A stretch of 64,000 nucleotides of DNA from the human T2T-CHM13v2.0 reference genome, Homo sapiens: the NCBI RefSeq assembly GCF_009914755.1, contig NC_060943.1; one strand, 5' to 3'. How positions within the stretch are numbered: the first letter of the stretch is position 1; every line of letters starts with the position of its first letter. The position numbers were made by a program, and so were the translations under genes. This document shows positions 1 to 28,599 of the stretch, one piece after another. Under the pieces are notes generated by a model. That model saw nothing but the letters and a program-made list of their open reading frames with translations, ran no database searches and had not been told where the DNA came from.

Positions 1-497
<497 letters not shown>

Positions 498-521
498 GCC
501 TATGCCTTTCTAATTGCTCTA

Positions 522-728
<207 letters not shown>

Positions 729-1049
729 TCAGACCAGGCTGAAGCCCTCACCTGAGACTGAAGGACCCTCTGGGCTCAGTTGGGACCCACCCTTAAGAGC
801 GCAGCCTGAGCGGGGTGATATGCTCATTGGCTAGGCCGCTCATTGGCTAGGCCGGGTTAACCCCGCCCACCAGGCCAAGCCGCACTCTATACACCGCCCC
901 TTGCCTCCATAGGCCCCACCCCCGCACCGCTAGGCCCCGCCGCGCTTCACTGGGATCATGCCCTATCATGATACCCAGCATCCGTCTACTCCACCCTGCC
1001 TGTTCCAAGTGACCCCAGCACCCCCTCAGACTGCACCCCGCCTGGTCAC

Positions 1050-1222
1050 CAGAACACGGGGCTGTCCCCATCCTCGCGCACGCGGTAGTACTCGTGGCCT
1101 TCGGGCACGGCCTTGGCTAGGCCAAAGTCCCCGATCTTGACCAGCCTGTCGTTGTCCAGCAGCACGTTGCGCGCGGCTAGGTCTCGGTGGATGTAGTGCT
1201 GCGCGTGCAGATAGGCCATGCC
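1050..1222 (-). CDS. TYK2: TYK2 exon 22 (JH1 catalytic and activation loop)
   Basis: Translates [22 protein letters not shown]...[28 protein letters not shown] (HRD, DFG, Y1054/Y1055); AG/GT flanks; 173 nt to c.3200; gene continues left of window. Confidence 0.98.
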
Positions 1223-1651
1223 CTGGGGACGGGGCAGGGCTCGTGAGTTTCAGTGGGGCGGGGTTCGGCCGGGGGCGGCGGCAGGACCTGAGCAGCCAGG
1301 AGGGCTGGGGGACAGTCAGGTCAGGCCGGTGGCTACCCGGCCGCTGGAGAGGGCCGGATGGCACGTGGCACCAAGCAAAAGGAGGCTGAGCCAGAAAGCA
1401 GGGACGGGGCTAGACGAGCAAAGCTGGGCAGGAGGGCGAGTTGGGAGGGGCCGAGCCGGCTGTGCGTGGTCCCTTGGGAGGAGGGGGTGTGGCCAAGCAA
1501 GCCAAACAGTTCGGAGGTCAGTGCAAGGACAAGACAGCCTGGGCAAACGAGCAGGGGCGGAGCGTGAGAGCAGACTGCACCGGATCGCTCAGGCCAGCCC
1601 AAGCTGAAGAGGAAGGGGCAAGCTCCAGAAGCAGGGGCGGGGCCGACCAAC

Positions 1652-1770
1652 CTCGCAGATCTGCTGGGCGAAGAGCAGCAGCTGGGCCAGCCCGATGCTG
1701 TGCCGGGGCAGGTAGTCTCGGAGGCTGCCCAGGGGCACGTACTCCATGACCAGCTGCAGCGACTTCTCGC
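1652..1770 (-). CDS. TYK2: TYK2 exon 21 (JH1 hinge)
   Basis: [20 protein letters not shown]...QQICE; 119 nt, AG/GT. Confidence 0.98.
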
Positions 1771-2165
1771 CTGCCGCGGAGAGGGGCGGCCCCGGTGGGG
1801 GACGATAGAGGGCGGGCCGGGGACCGCCTACCTTGAGCCCAGCAGAGCCCCTCCAAGGTCGGGAGGGAAGGCCAAGACCCGCGCACACTAGACCCAGTTC
1901 TCAGGTGGGATGGACCCATCCAGAACCCCATTCTCACTTGAGGGAGCTGCTGGTGGCTCCCGTCCATCCTGGCCCCAGCAGGTAGCACCCCCCAGATGGG
2001 AAGGAGGCAGCCCAGCCACGCTCACCCAGATGCCAAGAACCGCGTACTGCAGCCTGGGGTTGAGAGTCTCTAATTGGCTAGGCCAGACTGGCCCCGCCCA
2101 CAAGGCCACACCCACGCTCTAACCACGCCCCCTCGAGTCTCTAGGACTCGCCGGGTCCCGCCCAC

Positions 2166-2358
2166 CTTGGTCCTCGCAGCAGCCCTTGTACTTGATGATG
2201 TGCTCGTGGTAGAGCGTGCGCAGAATGTCAATCTCCTGCTTCCAGCCCGAGCGGTGCTGGGGGCCGCAGTCTGCCTTGAGGGCTTTCACCGCCACCATCT
2301 CGCCAGTGCCGTCGTTGGTCGGATCGTAGCAGTACAAGCTGACCTTGCCGAAGTGACC
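2166..2358 (-). CDS. TYK2: TYK2 exon 20 (JH1 G-loop, catalytic Lys930)
   Basis: GHFGKVSLYCYDPTNDGTGEMVAVKALK...; 193 nt; Ala928 codon present. Confidence 0.98.
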
Positions 2359-2635
2359 CTGGTCGGGAGCGCACGAGGGTCAGCTCCACCTCCCCAATCC
2401 CTGCACCACTCCCCAACCCCCGATTTCCCGGGCCACTCCTCCAGGCAGATCCTTTCGGAATACCCCAGGCCCCGCCTACTCCGCTCTATTAAGACTCCTT
2501 GGCACCTAGGCCTCCCTCAAAGCAGAGGGTCCCACCCACATCTCCTGAGAATCACCTTAGGTAGGAATTTATCCTCAACCCCCAAACTCCTTCCCGACCA
2601 GGCGGGCCTTTTAGCAGCTCAGGCCCGTCCCTCAC

Positions 2636-2733
2636 CTCGCCCAGATCTCGGATCTTTTTCAAATAGCGCTTGTGGAAAACCGTAGGGTCCGACGCCGGTG
2701 AGTCCGGGTTCACAGTCAAGACGTCAGCAAGAT
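2636..2733 (-). CDS. TYK2: TYK2 exon 19 (JH2-JH1 linker)
   Basis: [32 protein letters not shown]; 98 nt. Confidence 0.98.
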
Positions 2734-2919
2734 CTGGAAGAGTTGCGGTGGGTAAAGGCCTGACCCCGATCCTTTCCCCAGCAGGCCCACACTTGGGAGT
2801 CACAAAGCCAGCCACAGCTACCCCAGGATCCGATTCTAGAGGTAAGAAAACTTTTTCCTGCAACAGCTGAAAGAGTCCACTTATTGTACAAAATGATGCA
2901 GAGTTGGCTGCATCAAAAC

Positions 2920-4520
<1,601 letters not shown>

Positions 4521-4624
4521 CATTAATGAGAGCTCAGGGCAGCCAGGCAGGGCATGCTTATGAATGCCACTGCAAGAAATTGGCACACACCCTGAACCAC
4601 TGTGCAGAGACCTCTCGTGCGCTA

Positions 4625-4948
<324 letters not shown>

Positions 4949-5170
4949 TTATCAGTTCCATTATACAGATGAGGCAACTGAGGCTCCACAAAGTGGGAGG
5001 ACGTGCTCACAGCCGTAGAACCAGGACTGGGACCCAGGTCCAGTGATTATGCAGAGCTGGAGTGTCACAGTCAGCCTCCTGCCCCAAGCTTCCCTCCTGC
5101 CCCTCCTGTAGACCACAGCTCCTTAATACACTGAAGCCTCAGCCTTTGCACAGGCCATGCACTCTGCCTA

Positions 5171-5494
<324 letters not shown>

Positions 5495-5591
5495 TTAGAG
5501 TGGAACTTCGTCTCAAAATAAAACCACCACACTCATGAACCTCCTTTGGGAAGCCTTGTCTGACCCCACTGCTGGGTGAGGCGCATCCTCA

Positions 5592-9177
<3,586 letters not shown>

Positions 9178-9267
9178 ATACAAGGAGTTTTGAGCTACCT
9201 GCAGAGGAAAGGAAGAGGTGGGGTTAGGCAGGGTTGGATGTGCAGGGGCTGAGGCCTAGGAGAATCA

Positions 9268-9741
<474 letters not shown>

Positions 9742-9744
9742 TCA

Positions 9745-10306
<562 letters not shown>

Positions 10307-10388
10307 CTGGGGGCAGGCATCAAGTCATGGAGGGCGGGCCTGGGGGAGAGATGCCACATCCCACCCAGAGGTCCCCCTATCGTCGTAC

Positions 10389-10581
10389 CTCCTGGTTGGG
10401 GCAGGCAACAGCGACGCAGAGAGAAGCAGTCATCCCCGGCCCTCAGCAAGCAGCCCTGCAAGGCAGCCCCAAGTTCCCGAACGCTGGGGAAGGACCGGCC
10501 CCAGCCCTCCAGCACGAAGGCCCCGTCCTGCTGCTCAATGGGGAACTTTCGGAGCCGCAAGCTCTGCATGCCGTCTGGTGC
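10389..10581 (-). CDS. TYK2: TYK2 exon 11 (SH2-like)
   Basis: APDGMQSLRLRKFPIEQQDG...CCLPQPG; 193 nt. Confidence 0.98.
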
Positions 10582-10673
10582 CTGGCAGGAGGTGGCAGAG
10601 GTGGGAGCAGTAAGCAGGGGACCAGGCAGGGAACGTGTCCAGCCCCAGCCCCAGCCCCCAGCCCTGGGCTCAC

Positions 10674-10782
10674 CTGGCTACGCTGGGCCACTGTGAGGAT
10701 CAGGCGGTAGGGGTGGCTGGTGCTCCAGTGAATGAGGTACAGGCCGTCCTCGGGCCGCAGCTTGGCCTGCACAAATGGCTCC
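10674..10782 (-). CDS. TYK2: TYK2 exon 10 (SH2-like)
   Basis: EPFVQAKLRPEDGLYLIHWSTSHPYRLILTVAQRSQ; 109 nt. Confidence 0.98.
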
Positions 10783-11306
10783 CTGGAAGGTGGTCCAGGG
10801 GGACTATCAGGCCACCTGGGGCCACTCTGGACCCATACCCGGGAACAATGACACTCATTACCTACTTAGAGGGCACACACACAGCTAGGACAAGTGTCAG
10901 ACACAGCCACTCTTGTGGGGACACTAACTCTGGACACACAGCCACTTACATGGAGACACAATGCAGCAGCAGGCACACACCTGCTTTTTTGTTTATTTGT
11001 TTGTATTTTTTAGACGGAGTTTCCCTCGTCACCCAGGCTGGAATGCAATGGCGTGATCTCAGCTTATTGCAACCTCTGCCCACCTGGGTTCAAGCAATTC
11101 TCTTGCCTCAACACCTCAACCTCCCGAGTAGCTGGGATTACAGGTCCCTGCCACCATGCCCAGCTAATTTTTATATTTTTAGTACAGAGGGGGTTTCACC
11201 ATGTTAGCCAGCCTGGTCTCAAATTCCTGACCTCAGCTGATCTGCCAGCCTCAGCCTCCCAAAGTGCTGGGATTACAGGCATGAGCCACTGTGCCCGGCT
11301 ACCTGA

Positions 11307-11438
<132 letters not shown>

Positions 11439-12352
11439 TGAGGAGCCAGGATTACAGGTGTGCCCAGCTAATTTTTGTGTTTTCTGTAGTTAAAAGACCT
11501 TGCTACATTGCCCAGGCTGCTCTTGAACTCCTGGGCTCAAGTGATTCTCCCACCTCGGCCTCCTAAAGCGCTGGGATTACAGGTGTGAGCCACCACACCC
11601 AGCCTACTCCTACTCTTGTACTTGACGCCAGACGGGCCCTGACAAGGTGACACACACTCCAAGATTGGAAACAGCCATCAGGAGCCGGATGGGCACACAC
11701 CCAGCCATGACCATCGCCACTCACAAGGGTGACACACGGTGGATGGCCAATCACACAAGCAAAGGACAACGATCCCAGACACAACTAATCACCCAATATG
11801 ACAGGGCAACATAGGGGCCAGGGCATCCCAGACACAGAGGTGACACAAACATGCACTATAAAGTGTCATGGTCACATAGGTCCAGACACCTACATGTGCA
11901 GTGGCTGACACACGTGGTCCCCAAACACCTGTCTGTACGGGGGCAGCACACATATAGCCTTGACAGCAGGCACGGCCACAGGCCTCACAAGGTGAAATGG
12001 CCACTTCCCCCTCCCCTGGCATCACAGGTAGGACAAGGGACAGAGAGTCACAGGGCCAGTGACCAGACAAAGAGACAGTCACAAATCACGACTTGGCAGC
12101 ACACAGGACAGCCACACACTCCCCTGCACCTGATGATGACATAAGTACCGACAACTTCACGCCCTCAGGCCCACAAGTCACACACAGGACCCCGCTGAGA
12201 TGGTGACTCACAAGTTACCAGCACAGGCAGCCGCCTGCAGAGGTGGAAGCATCCAACATACGCCTGAATGGTCACCAGCGTCAGGGTAACACACAGTCCC
12301 ATGAAAATCACCAGTTCTGTGCAATGACAACCTCAACACACAATGACAGTCA

Positions 12353-12680
<328 letters not shown>

Positions 12681-12738
12681 TCACAGTCTAGTTGGCACCC
12701 TTGGCGGTGGCCCCCAGCGCCCCCCACCCAGCACTCAC

Positions 12739-12896
12739 AGCAGGGGTCCGTGGATCCCATCCCGGATGCTCATCACCAGCCGTGGGGGAGCCACCTCGTG
12801 GCACAGGTAGTGGCTGGAGTCGGCCGTCAGGCGGAAATAGCCGTCCACCAGCGACACGAAGGACAGCGCCGCAGCCCGGGAAGGCAAGCTCAGCTC
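12739..12896 (-). CDS. TYK2: TYK2 exon 9
   Basis: [38 protein letters not shown]...; 158 nt. Confidence 0.98.
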
Positions 12897-12975
12897 CTGC
12901 CAGCCAGGGGCGCATCAGGTGGGTGTCCTCCCAGGCCATGATGGGCCCTAGCCCAGCCCCTACCCTGGGCCTCAC

Positions 12976-13173
12976 CAGGCACTTGTTGTCCTGCCGGTGG
13001 ATGCTGACACAGTGCTCTTTCAGCACCACGTGGGTGATGTCCCGGAAGTCACAGAAGTAGGCCCACAGTGGCTCCCGCGGCCTGTCTGCCGGCTGGCCGA
13101 ATGCCTTGTGAGCCTTGGCCTTCTTCCCAAACAGGCTGGCTTGGGGGTTCCTGCCACTGCTGCCACTAGAACC
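12976..13173 (-). CDS. TYK2: TYK2 exon 8 (FERM; symmetric 198-nt exon; Phe362 allele)
   Basis: GSSGSSGRNPQ...KAHKAFGQPADR...RQDNKCL; phase 0-0. Confidence 0.98.
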
Positions 13174-13641
13174 CTGAACACCCAGCAAGTGGGGCAGAGG
13201 ATGGAGAGAGCAATGCCCGTTTATACCTCCTGCACTTTCCCCTGGGGAGAGACTGGAGCCAGAAGGGCCAGGCACCAACCTAGGTTGACCTCCCAAGTCC
13301 CAGTGTCACAGGTGGGATGGGGACCCACCCCAAAATCATACACATGCTGGAAGCCGGACCCTTAGGGAAGGCAGAGAGAAGAATCCTGACCCCCTCACAC
13401 CCAGGTGCCAGTCCCCAGATGAAGGGGTTCCCTGGAGGTGCAGACCCCAGAAATAAGGTCCCCAGGGGGTAAGCAGATGGAGGACCTTCTCCAAGAAACT
13501 GGCCCTAGCGGACAGGTGCCCCAGAGCCATGTGGGGAGAGGGCTCAGGTCAGCCACCCTCAGAGGCTAGGGTCAAGGATGAACACAGAAACCCACCCCAG
13601 CCCAACCTGAACCCCCAGGGCGGAAGGGGCGCCTTGCTCAC

Positions 13642-14023
13642 CTCCTCCTTGTTCACCTCCTCCTCTACTGGCCACCACTGGATGCCACCAGTGCCTGTCA
13701 CCAGCACCTCGTGGGTTGGGGGCCCAGCAGCAGACTCAGGGCCAGGGTCTGTAGGGGCCACCCCACTGTCCCGGATGTAGCAGGGCTCCCCCTCGGCCTG
13801 GGCCAGCAGCCTCAGGTGGCACACGGGCACACGCTCTGTGCCGAAGCGGGGTGCCAGCCGCTCGAGTGTGGCTAGGTATTTGACCATGACCATCTGCTGG
13901 GAGAGTCGGCCCGGCTGGAAGTCCCGCAGGAACCTGCGGAAGACGTTCCGAAGGCGCAGCCGGGTCAGGGCGCTGTGCTGCCGGATATGCCGGCGGAAGG
14001 AGCGCGGGATGCAGTCCTTGAAG
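13642..14023 (-). CDS. TYK2: TYK2 exon 7 (FERM)
   Basis: FKDCIPRSF...KYLATLERL...VEEEVNKEE; 382 nt. Confidence 0.98.
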
Positions 14024-14321
14024 CTGGGGGGAAACACAGTGAGGGGCTGGTCAGGGACCTGGGTTGCAGGCCCAGCTGGGTGACACAGGGCAAGTGGCTT
14101 AACCTCTTTGAGCCTCAGCTGCCTCATCTGGAAAACAGGCACACTAGCCAGGTGTGGTGACTTGAGCCTGTAGTCTCAGCTACTTGGGAAGCCAAGGCGG
14201 AAGGATCGCTTGAGGTCAGGAGTTCGAGACCAGCCTGGCCAACATGATGAAACTCAGTCTGTCTCTACTAAAAATACAAAAATTAGCTGGGCTTGATGGT
14301 GGGCACCTGTAATCCCAGCTA

Positions 14322-14429
<108 letters not shown>

Positions 14430-14541
14430 TCAGAAAAAAAAAAAAGTAGAGGCACGGCAATATGCAAAGTCTACCCTGGCTCCCAGATGCTCAGGACATT
14501 TCCCCCTGCCTACACGGCGTCCCCACCCCATTCCCAGACAC

Positions 14542-14705
14542 CTGGTCTTCTTGGCCACCTCCTCCAGGGGGATGCCATGGCGGAGAGCGAGGTGACAGAG
14601 GTGCAGAAAGGCCATGCCCAGGCTCTCATTCTTAAAGTGGTGGATCTCCTCCTCGGTCGACAGCTCCCACAGTGATGCCACGTCATTCACAAACTCATGC
14701 TTGCC
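14542..14705 (-). CDS. TYK2: TYK2 exon 6 (FERM)
   Basis: GKHEFVNDVASLWELSTEEEIHHFKNESLGMAF...; 164 nt. Confidence 0.98.
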
Positions 14706-14761
14706 CTGGGAACAGGAAATTGAGCAGAAAGGGAGGTGTGAGAATGCGTTCCTCTCTAGCC

Positions 14762-15295
<534 letters not shown>

Positions 15296-15635
15296 CTCTA
15301 GCCAGAGAACTCTAATTTCCTGCGTCTTACCACCTTGAGGAGGGGAGAGACCACCATTTACTGGAAAGGCCAAATACACAGCATACACCCCTCCTCTTGT
15401 CAATCTTGTGCCTGTGGCAGACATTACTAATCAATCACAGCACTCTATCCCCTTCAACCTGAACTCTTGGCTGGGCATGGTGGCTCACACCTATAATCCC
15501 ACAATTTAGGAGGCTGAGGCAGGTGAATCACTTGAGGTCAGGAGTTTGAGACCAGCCTGGCCAACATGGTGAAACCCCGTCTTTACTAAAAATAGAAAAA
15601 TTAGCCTGGGGTGGTGGCGGGCTTCTGTAATCTCA

Positions 15636-15779
<144 letters not shown>

Positions 15780-15857
15780 TCACGCCTGTAATCCCAGCAC
15801 TTTGGGAGGCCGAGGCGGGCAGATCACGAGGTCAGGAGATGGAGACCATCCTAGCTA

Positions 15858-16100
<243 letters not shown>

Positions 16101-16178
16101 TCAGGGAGGGAAATGGGGGCTCCTCAACTGCCCCTAAGTCTCCCACAAATAGTCTTGCCACCCCAGCCCTGCTCATAC

Positions 16179-16326
16179 CTGCTCAAAGAGGTACTCAAAT
16201 GAGGCTGGGTCCAGGAGTTGCATCCCCTGTGCTGTCTGATCTGAGGATGCCTCGGTTCCTGGGGGCCCACAACGGTACACAGCCGGTTCCCGAGGATTCA
16301 TGCCATGCCAGTTCCGGAAATAAAAC
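16179..16326 (-). CDS. TYK2: TYK2 exon 5 (FERM)
   Basis: FYFRNWHGMNPREPAVY...FEYLFEQ; 148 nt. Confidence 0.98.
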
Positions 16327-16418
16327 CTGCAGGAAGGAGGGACGCAGCTGGGGCTTAGCACAGAGTCAGACCAGCTTCAGCACAGGAGGGGACGAGCTTT
16401 GCAAAGGTCTCCACCCAC

Positions 16419-16542
16419 CTTATGCGGAAATATAGCATCAGGCTTGCATCTCTGGGGATCTCTAGGATGTGGTTTGGGGGCAACCAGACTTGGGCCTGAG
16501 CATCGAAGAGGGCAAAGAGATTGAAGCAAGGAGGAGTGATAC
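16419..16542 (-). CDS. TYK2: TYK2 exon 4 (FERM)
   Basis: ITPPCFNLFALFDAQAQVWLPPNHILEIPRDASLMLYFRI; 124 nt. Confidence 0.98.
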
Positions 16543-16937
16543 CTGGATCAGGTGAGAAACGAGGTCAGGAGTCACGTCATTTGCTACCGTCAGCCCCAAA
16601 GACCCCCCAGACCCAATGTCTGCCTTCACACTCCCTCTGAGGCCCCCTCCCCCACCTGCAGCTTCAGTCTCACGTTGCCCCTGGGCAGAGGACAGTGCGT
16701 ATGTTGCCCATGCTGTGGCCTCACAGGAGGACTACATTTCCCAGCCTCCCTTGCAGCTAGGATGGAGCCAATTGCACTGCTGGTTTCTGGCCAAAGGGCT
16801 GGGTACATTTCCAAGCCTGGAAATAAATTCTCTTGCCACCTTCACCACCCGAGGTATGATGAAGGCTTCTTGTGACAGATGGTGAAGCTGTAAGACAGAG
16901 GTGAACCATCCAACCTGTACTTGATTTTAAGTAAAAC

Positions 16938-25330
<8,393 letters not shown>

Positions 25331-25349
25331 AGTTTTCTGATTTATTATA

Positions 25350-25447
25350 TTTCTTGCTGTCCTCCCTACTAAAATTTCAGCTCTACAAAGGCAGTGATTT
25401 GCAGCTGCCACACAGTAGATGCTTACAAAATGTTCACCGAATGAACG
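25350..25447 (+). mobile_element. L2 3' end abutting the GGAT repeat
   Basis: CACACAGTAGATGCTTACAAAATGTTCACCGAATGAA resembles the L2 terminus CACACAGTAGGTGCTCAATAAATGTT...GAATGAA. Confidence 0.65.
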
Positions 25448-26580
25448 GGTGGATGGATGGATGGATGGATGGATGGATGGATGGATGGATGGATGGATAG
25501 ATGGATGAATAGGTGGGTGGGTGGGTGGATGGATGGATGGATGGATGGATGGATGGATGGATGGATGGATAGATGGATGAATGGGTGGGAGGATGGATGG
25601 GTGGGTGGATGGATGGATGCATGGATAGGTGGGTGAGTGGGTGAGTGGGTGGGTGGATGGATGGATGGATGGATGGGTGGGTGGGTGGATGGATGGGTGG
25701 GTGGGTGGATGGATGGATGGATGAATGGATGGATGGGTGGATGGATGGGTGGATGGGTGGGTGGATGGATGGGTGGATGGATGAATGGGTGGGTGGATGG
25801 GTGGGTGGATGGATGGGTGGATGGATGAATGGGTGGGTGGATGAATGGGTGGGTAGGTGGATGGATGGGTGGGTAGGTGTGTGGGTGGATGGATGGATAG
25901 ATGGGTGGGTGCGTGGATGAATGGATGGATGGATGAATGGATGGATGGGTGGGTGGATGGATGGATGGATGGATGGGTGGGTGGGTGGATGAATGGATGG
26001 ATGGATGGATGGATGGATGGATAGATGCATGGGTGGAGGGTGAGTGGGTGGGTGGATGGGTGGATGGATGGATGTGTGGGTGGATGGATGGATGGATGGA
26101 TCGATGGGTAGATGGATGGATAGATGGATGAATGGGTGGGTGGATGGATGGGTGGATGGGTGGGTGGGTGGATAGGTGGGTGGATGGGTGGGTGAGTAGG
26201 TGGATGGATAGGTGGATAGGTGGGTGGATGGATGAGTGGGTGGGTGGATGTATGGATGGATGCGTGGGTGGATGGATGGGTGGGTGGGTGGGTGGATGGA
26301 TGCGTGGGTGGATGGATGGGTGGGTGGGTGGGTGGATGAATGGGTGGATGGGTGGATGGGTGAAAGGGTGGGTGGATGGGTGAATGGGTGGGTGAATGGG
26401 TGGGTGGATGGGTGGATGGGAGGATGGATGGATGCATGGGTGGATGGATGGGTGGGTGGGTGGATGGATGGGTGGTTGGGAGGGTGGATGGGTGGGTGGA
26501 TGGGTGGATGGATGGATGGATGGATGAGTGGGTGGATGGGTGGGTGGATGGGTGGGTGGGTGGATAGACGGATGGATGGG
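25448..26580. repeat. Compound (GGAT/GGGT/GAAT)n tetranucleotide repeat, about 1.14 kb, TYK2 intron 3
   Basis: Directly visible; source of the His/Pro-rich and Trp/Met/Gly-rich ORFs. Confidence 0.98.
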
Positions 26581-26639
26581 GCCCAGCTGCTGCTTGCACA
26601 CCCACCCCAGTCCCCATGGTGCCAACGCCCCAGACTCAC

Positions 26640-26832
26640 CAACTTTATGTGCAATGTGGATGCAGACTTCCTCAGCTGTCAGCGATGACTCACTGAAAGT
26701 GACCCAGGGCTCCCCGCCGCCTGGACCAGCCCAGTGCAGAAGCACCTTCAGGCCTCCCATGGCAGCCATGGGCTGGGCTCCATCCCCAACGGGCTTACTG
26801 CCCCTGGCCATCCCCCAGTGGCGCAGAGGCAT
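26640..26832 (-). CDS. TYK2: TYK2 exon 3 coding part (start codon; exon begins at 26852)
   Basis: [18 protein letters not shown]...[12 protein letters not shown]; 193 nt; donor GTGAGT. Confidence 0.98.
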
Positions 26833-27578
26833 GCTCCCGGCAGGTGGCTCAGCTGGAAAGGGGACAATCTGTCAGCTCCCAAGTCTCAGCCCAGAGACCC
26901 CTGTTAGCTCTTCAACCTTCCACCCACCCCAGCTAAGGCCTGAGGGGAAGATTCTGGGCTCCCATCTTGGCATGACATTAGAGACCCGATTCCCTCTCTG
27001 AGTCTCGTTTTCCACATTTATTGGACAGGGTTGGGGTATGCATCCCCACCTAGATCTCTCATCAACAATAACACTGAACCCTCCTCTCTTTCCACAAATT
27101 GACACAGATATAAAAATCTGCTCTGGCCAGGTACAGTGGCTCACGCCTCTAATCCCAGGACTTTGGGATGTTGAGGCAAGAGGATTGCTTGAGCCCAGGA
27201 GCTCGAGACCAGCCTAGGCCATATAGCAAGACCCTGTTTCTACAAGACGTTTTATTTTATATCTTATCTTATCTTATCTTATCTTATCTTATCTTATTTT
27301 TGAGACAGAGTTTCACTCTTGTTGCCCAGGCTGGAGTGCAATGGTACAATCTTGCTCACCACAACCTCTGCCTCCTGGGTTTAAGTGATTCTCCTGCCTC
27401 AGCCTCCTGAGTAGCTGGCGCCTGCCACCACACCGGGCTAATTTTTGTATTTTTAGTAGAGACAGGGTTTTGCCATGTTGGCCAGGCTGGTCTTGAACCT
27501 CTGACCTCAGGTGATCCACCCGCCTCGGCCTCCCAAAGTGCTGGGATTACAGGCGTGAGCCACTGTGCCCGGCCTCTA

Positions 27579-27743
<165 letters not shown>

Positions 27744-27923
27744 CTAAAAATATAAATAAATAAATAAATAAATAAGTAATAAAAATATATAAAAAGGGCC
27801 AGGCGCGGTGGCTCATGACTGTAATCCCAGCACTTTGGGAGGCCAAGGCGGACAGATCACGAGGTCTGGAGATTGAGACCATCTTGACCAACATGGTGAA
27901 ACCCCATCTCTACTAAAATACAA

Positions 27924-27958
<35 letters not shown>

Positions 27959-28030
27959 AAAGTAAAATAAAAATCTGCTCTTAACACACCTCCCCAAAAT
28001 AACCAGACAGGCAGATGTGGTCAAACATAC

Positions 28031-28195
28031 CTGAGGGTGAGTCCTGGAGCTCCCTGTGTCAACTCAAGCAAGCCACTTAGCAATTCTGGGCCTCAGTTTC
28101 CCCATCTGGAAAAGGGAGGTCCTCAGGGTGTTGCCATCAAAAGATGGTTGTAATGTTTCAATATAGTTCCGCATATTACACATTCAGCACAGACC
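28031..28195 (-). other. TYK2: TYK2 non-coding exon 2 (5'UTR), partly MIR-derived
   Basis: CAG|GGTCTG acceptor and CAG|GTATG donor; matches recalled TYK2 mRNA leader; contains MIR core CAGATGGGGAAACTGAGGCCCAG. Confidence 0.85.
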
Positions 28196-28599
28196 CTGAT
28201 TCAGGCACACACAAAAAGAACAAATATGACCAAAACAAGAATAACATAATTGTTATTAGTTTCATCGTGGTGATGGCCTCTTTCAGGCCACAATTCTCCT
28301 CTCCCACATTTACCCCCATGAGTGACCTCAGTCCCTGTTGACTCCCCAAAGCCTAGGAGAGTTTATGTCCAGCTCCATCCCCCCAATCCAGGGCCTGAGC
28401 CTCCTGAGGGCGCCAGTATGGAAGTGGAGGGGCTGTCACTTCCACCCATGTTGCTGGTTTCCTCATCTGGAAAATGGGCATGTAACAGTGTCTACCTCAA
28501 AAGGCTGCTGGGAGGATTTAACGCGAGGAGGCAGAGAAAGTGCCTGGTATACAGTAAGCGCTTAATTAGCCTTTGCCATTAATACCTATTCATGTTATA

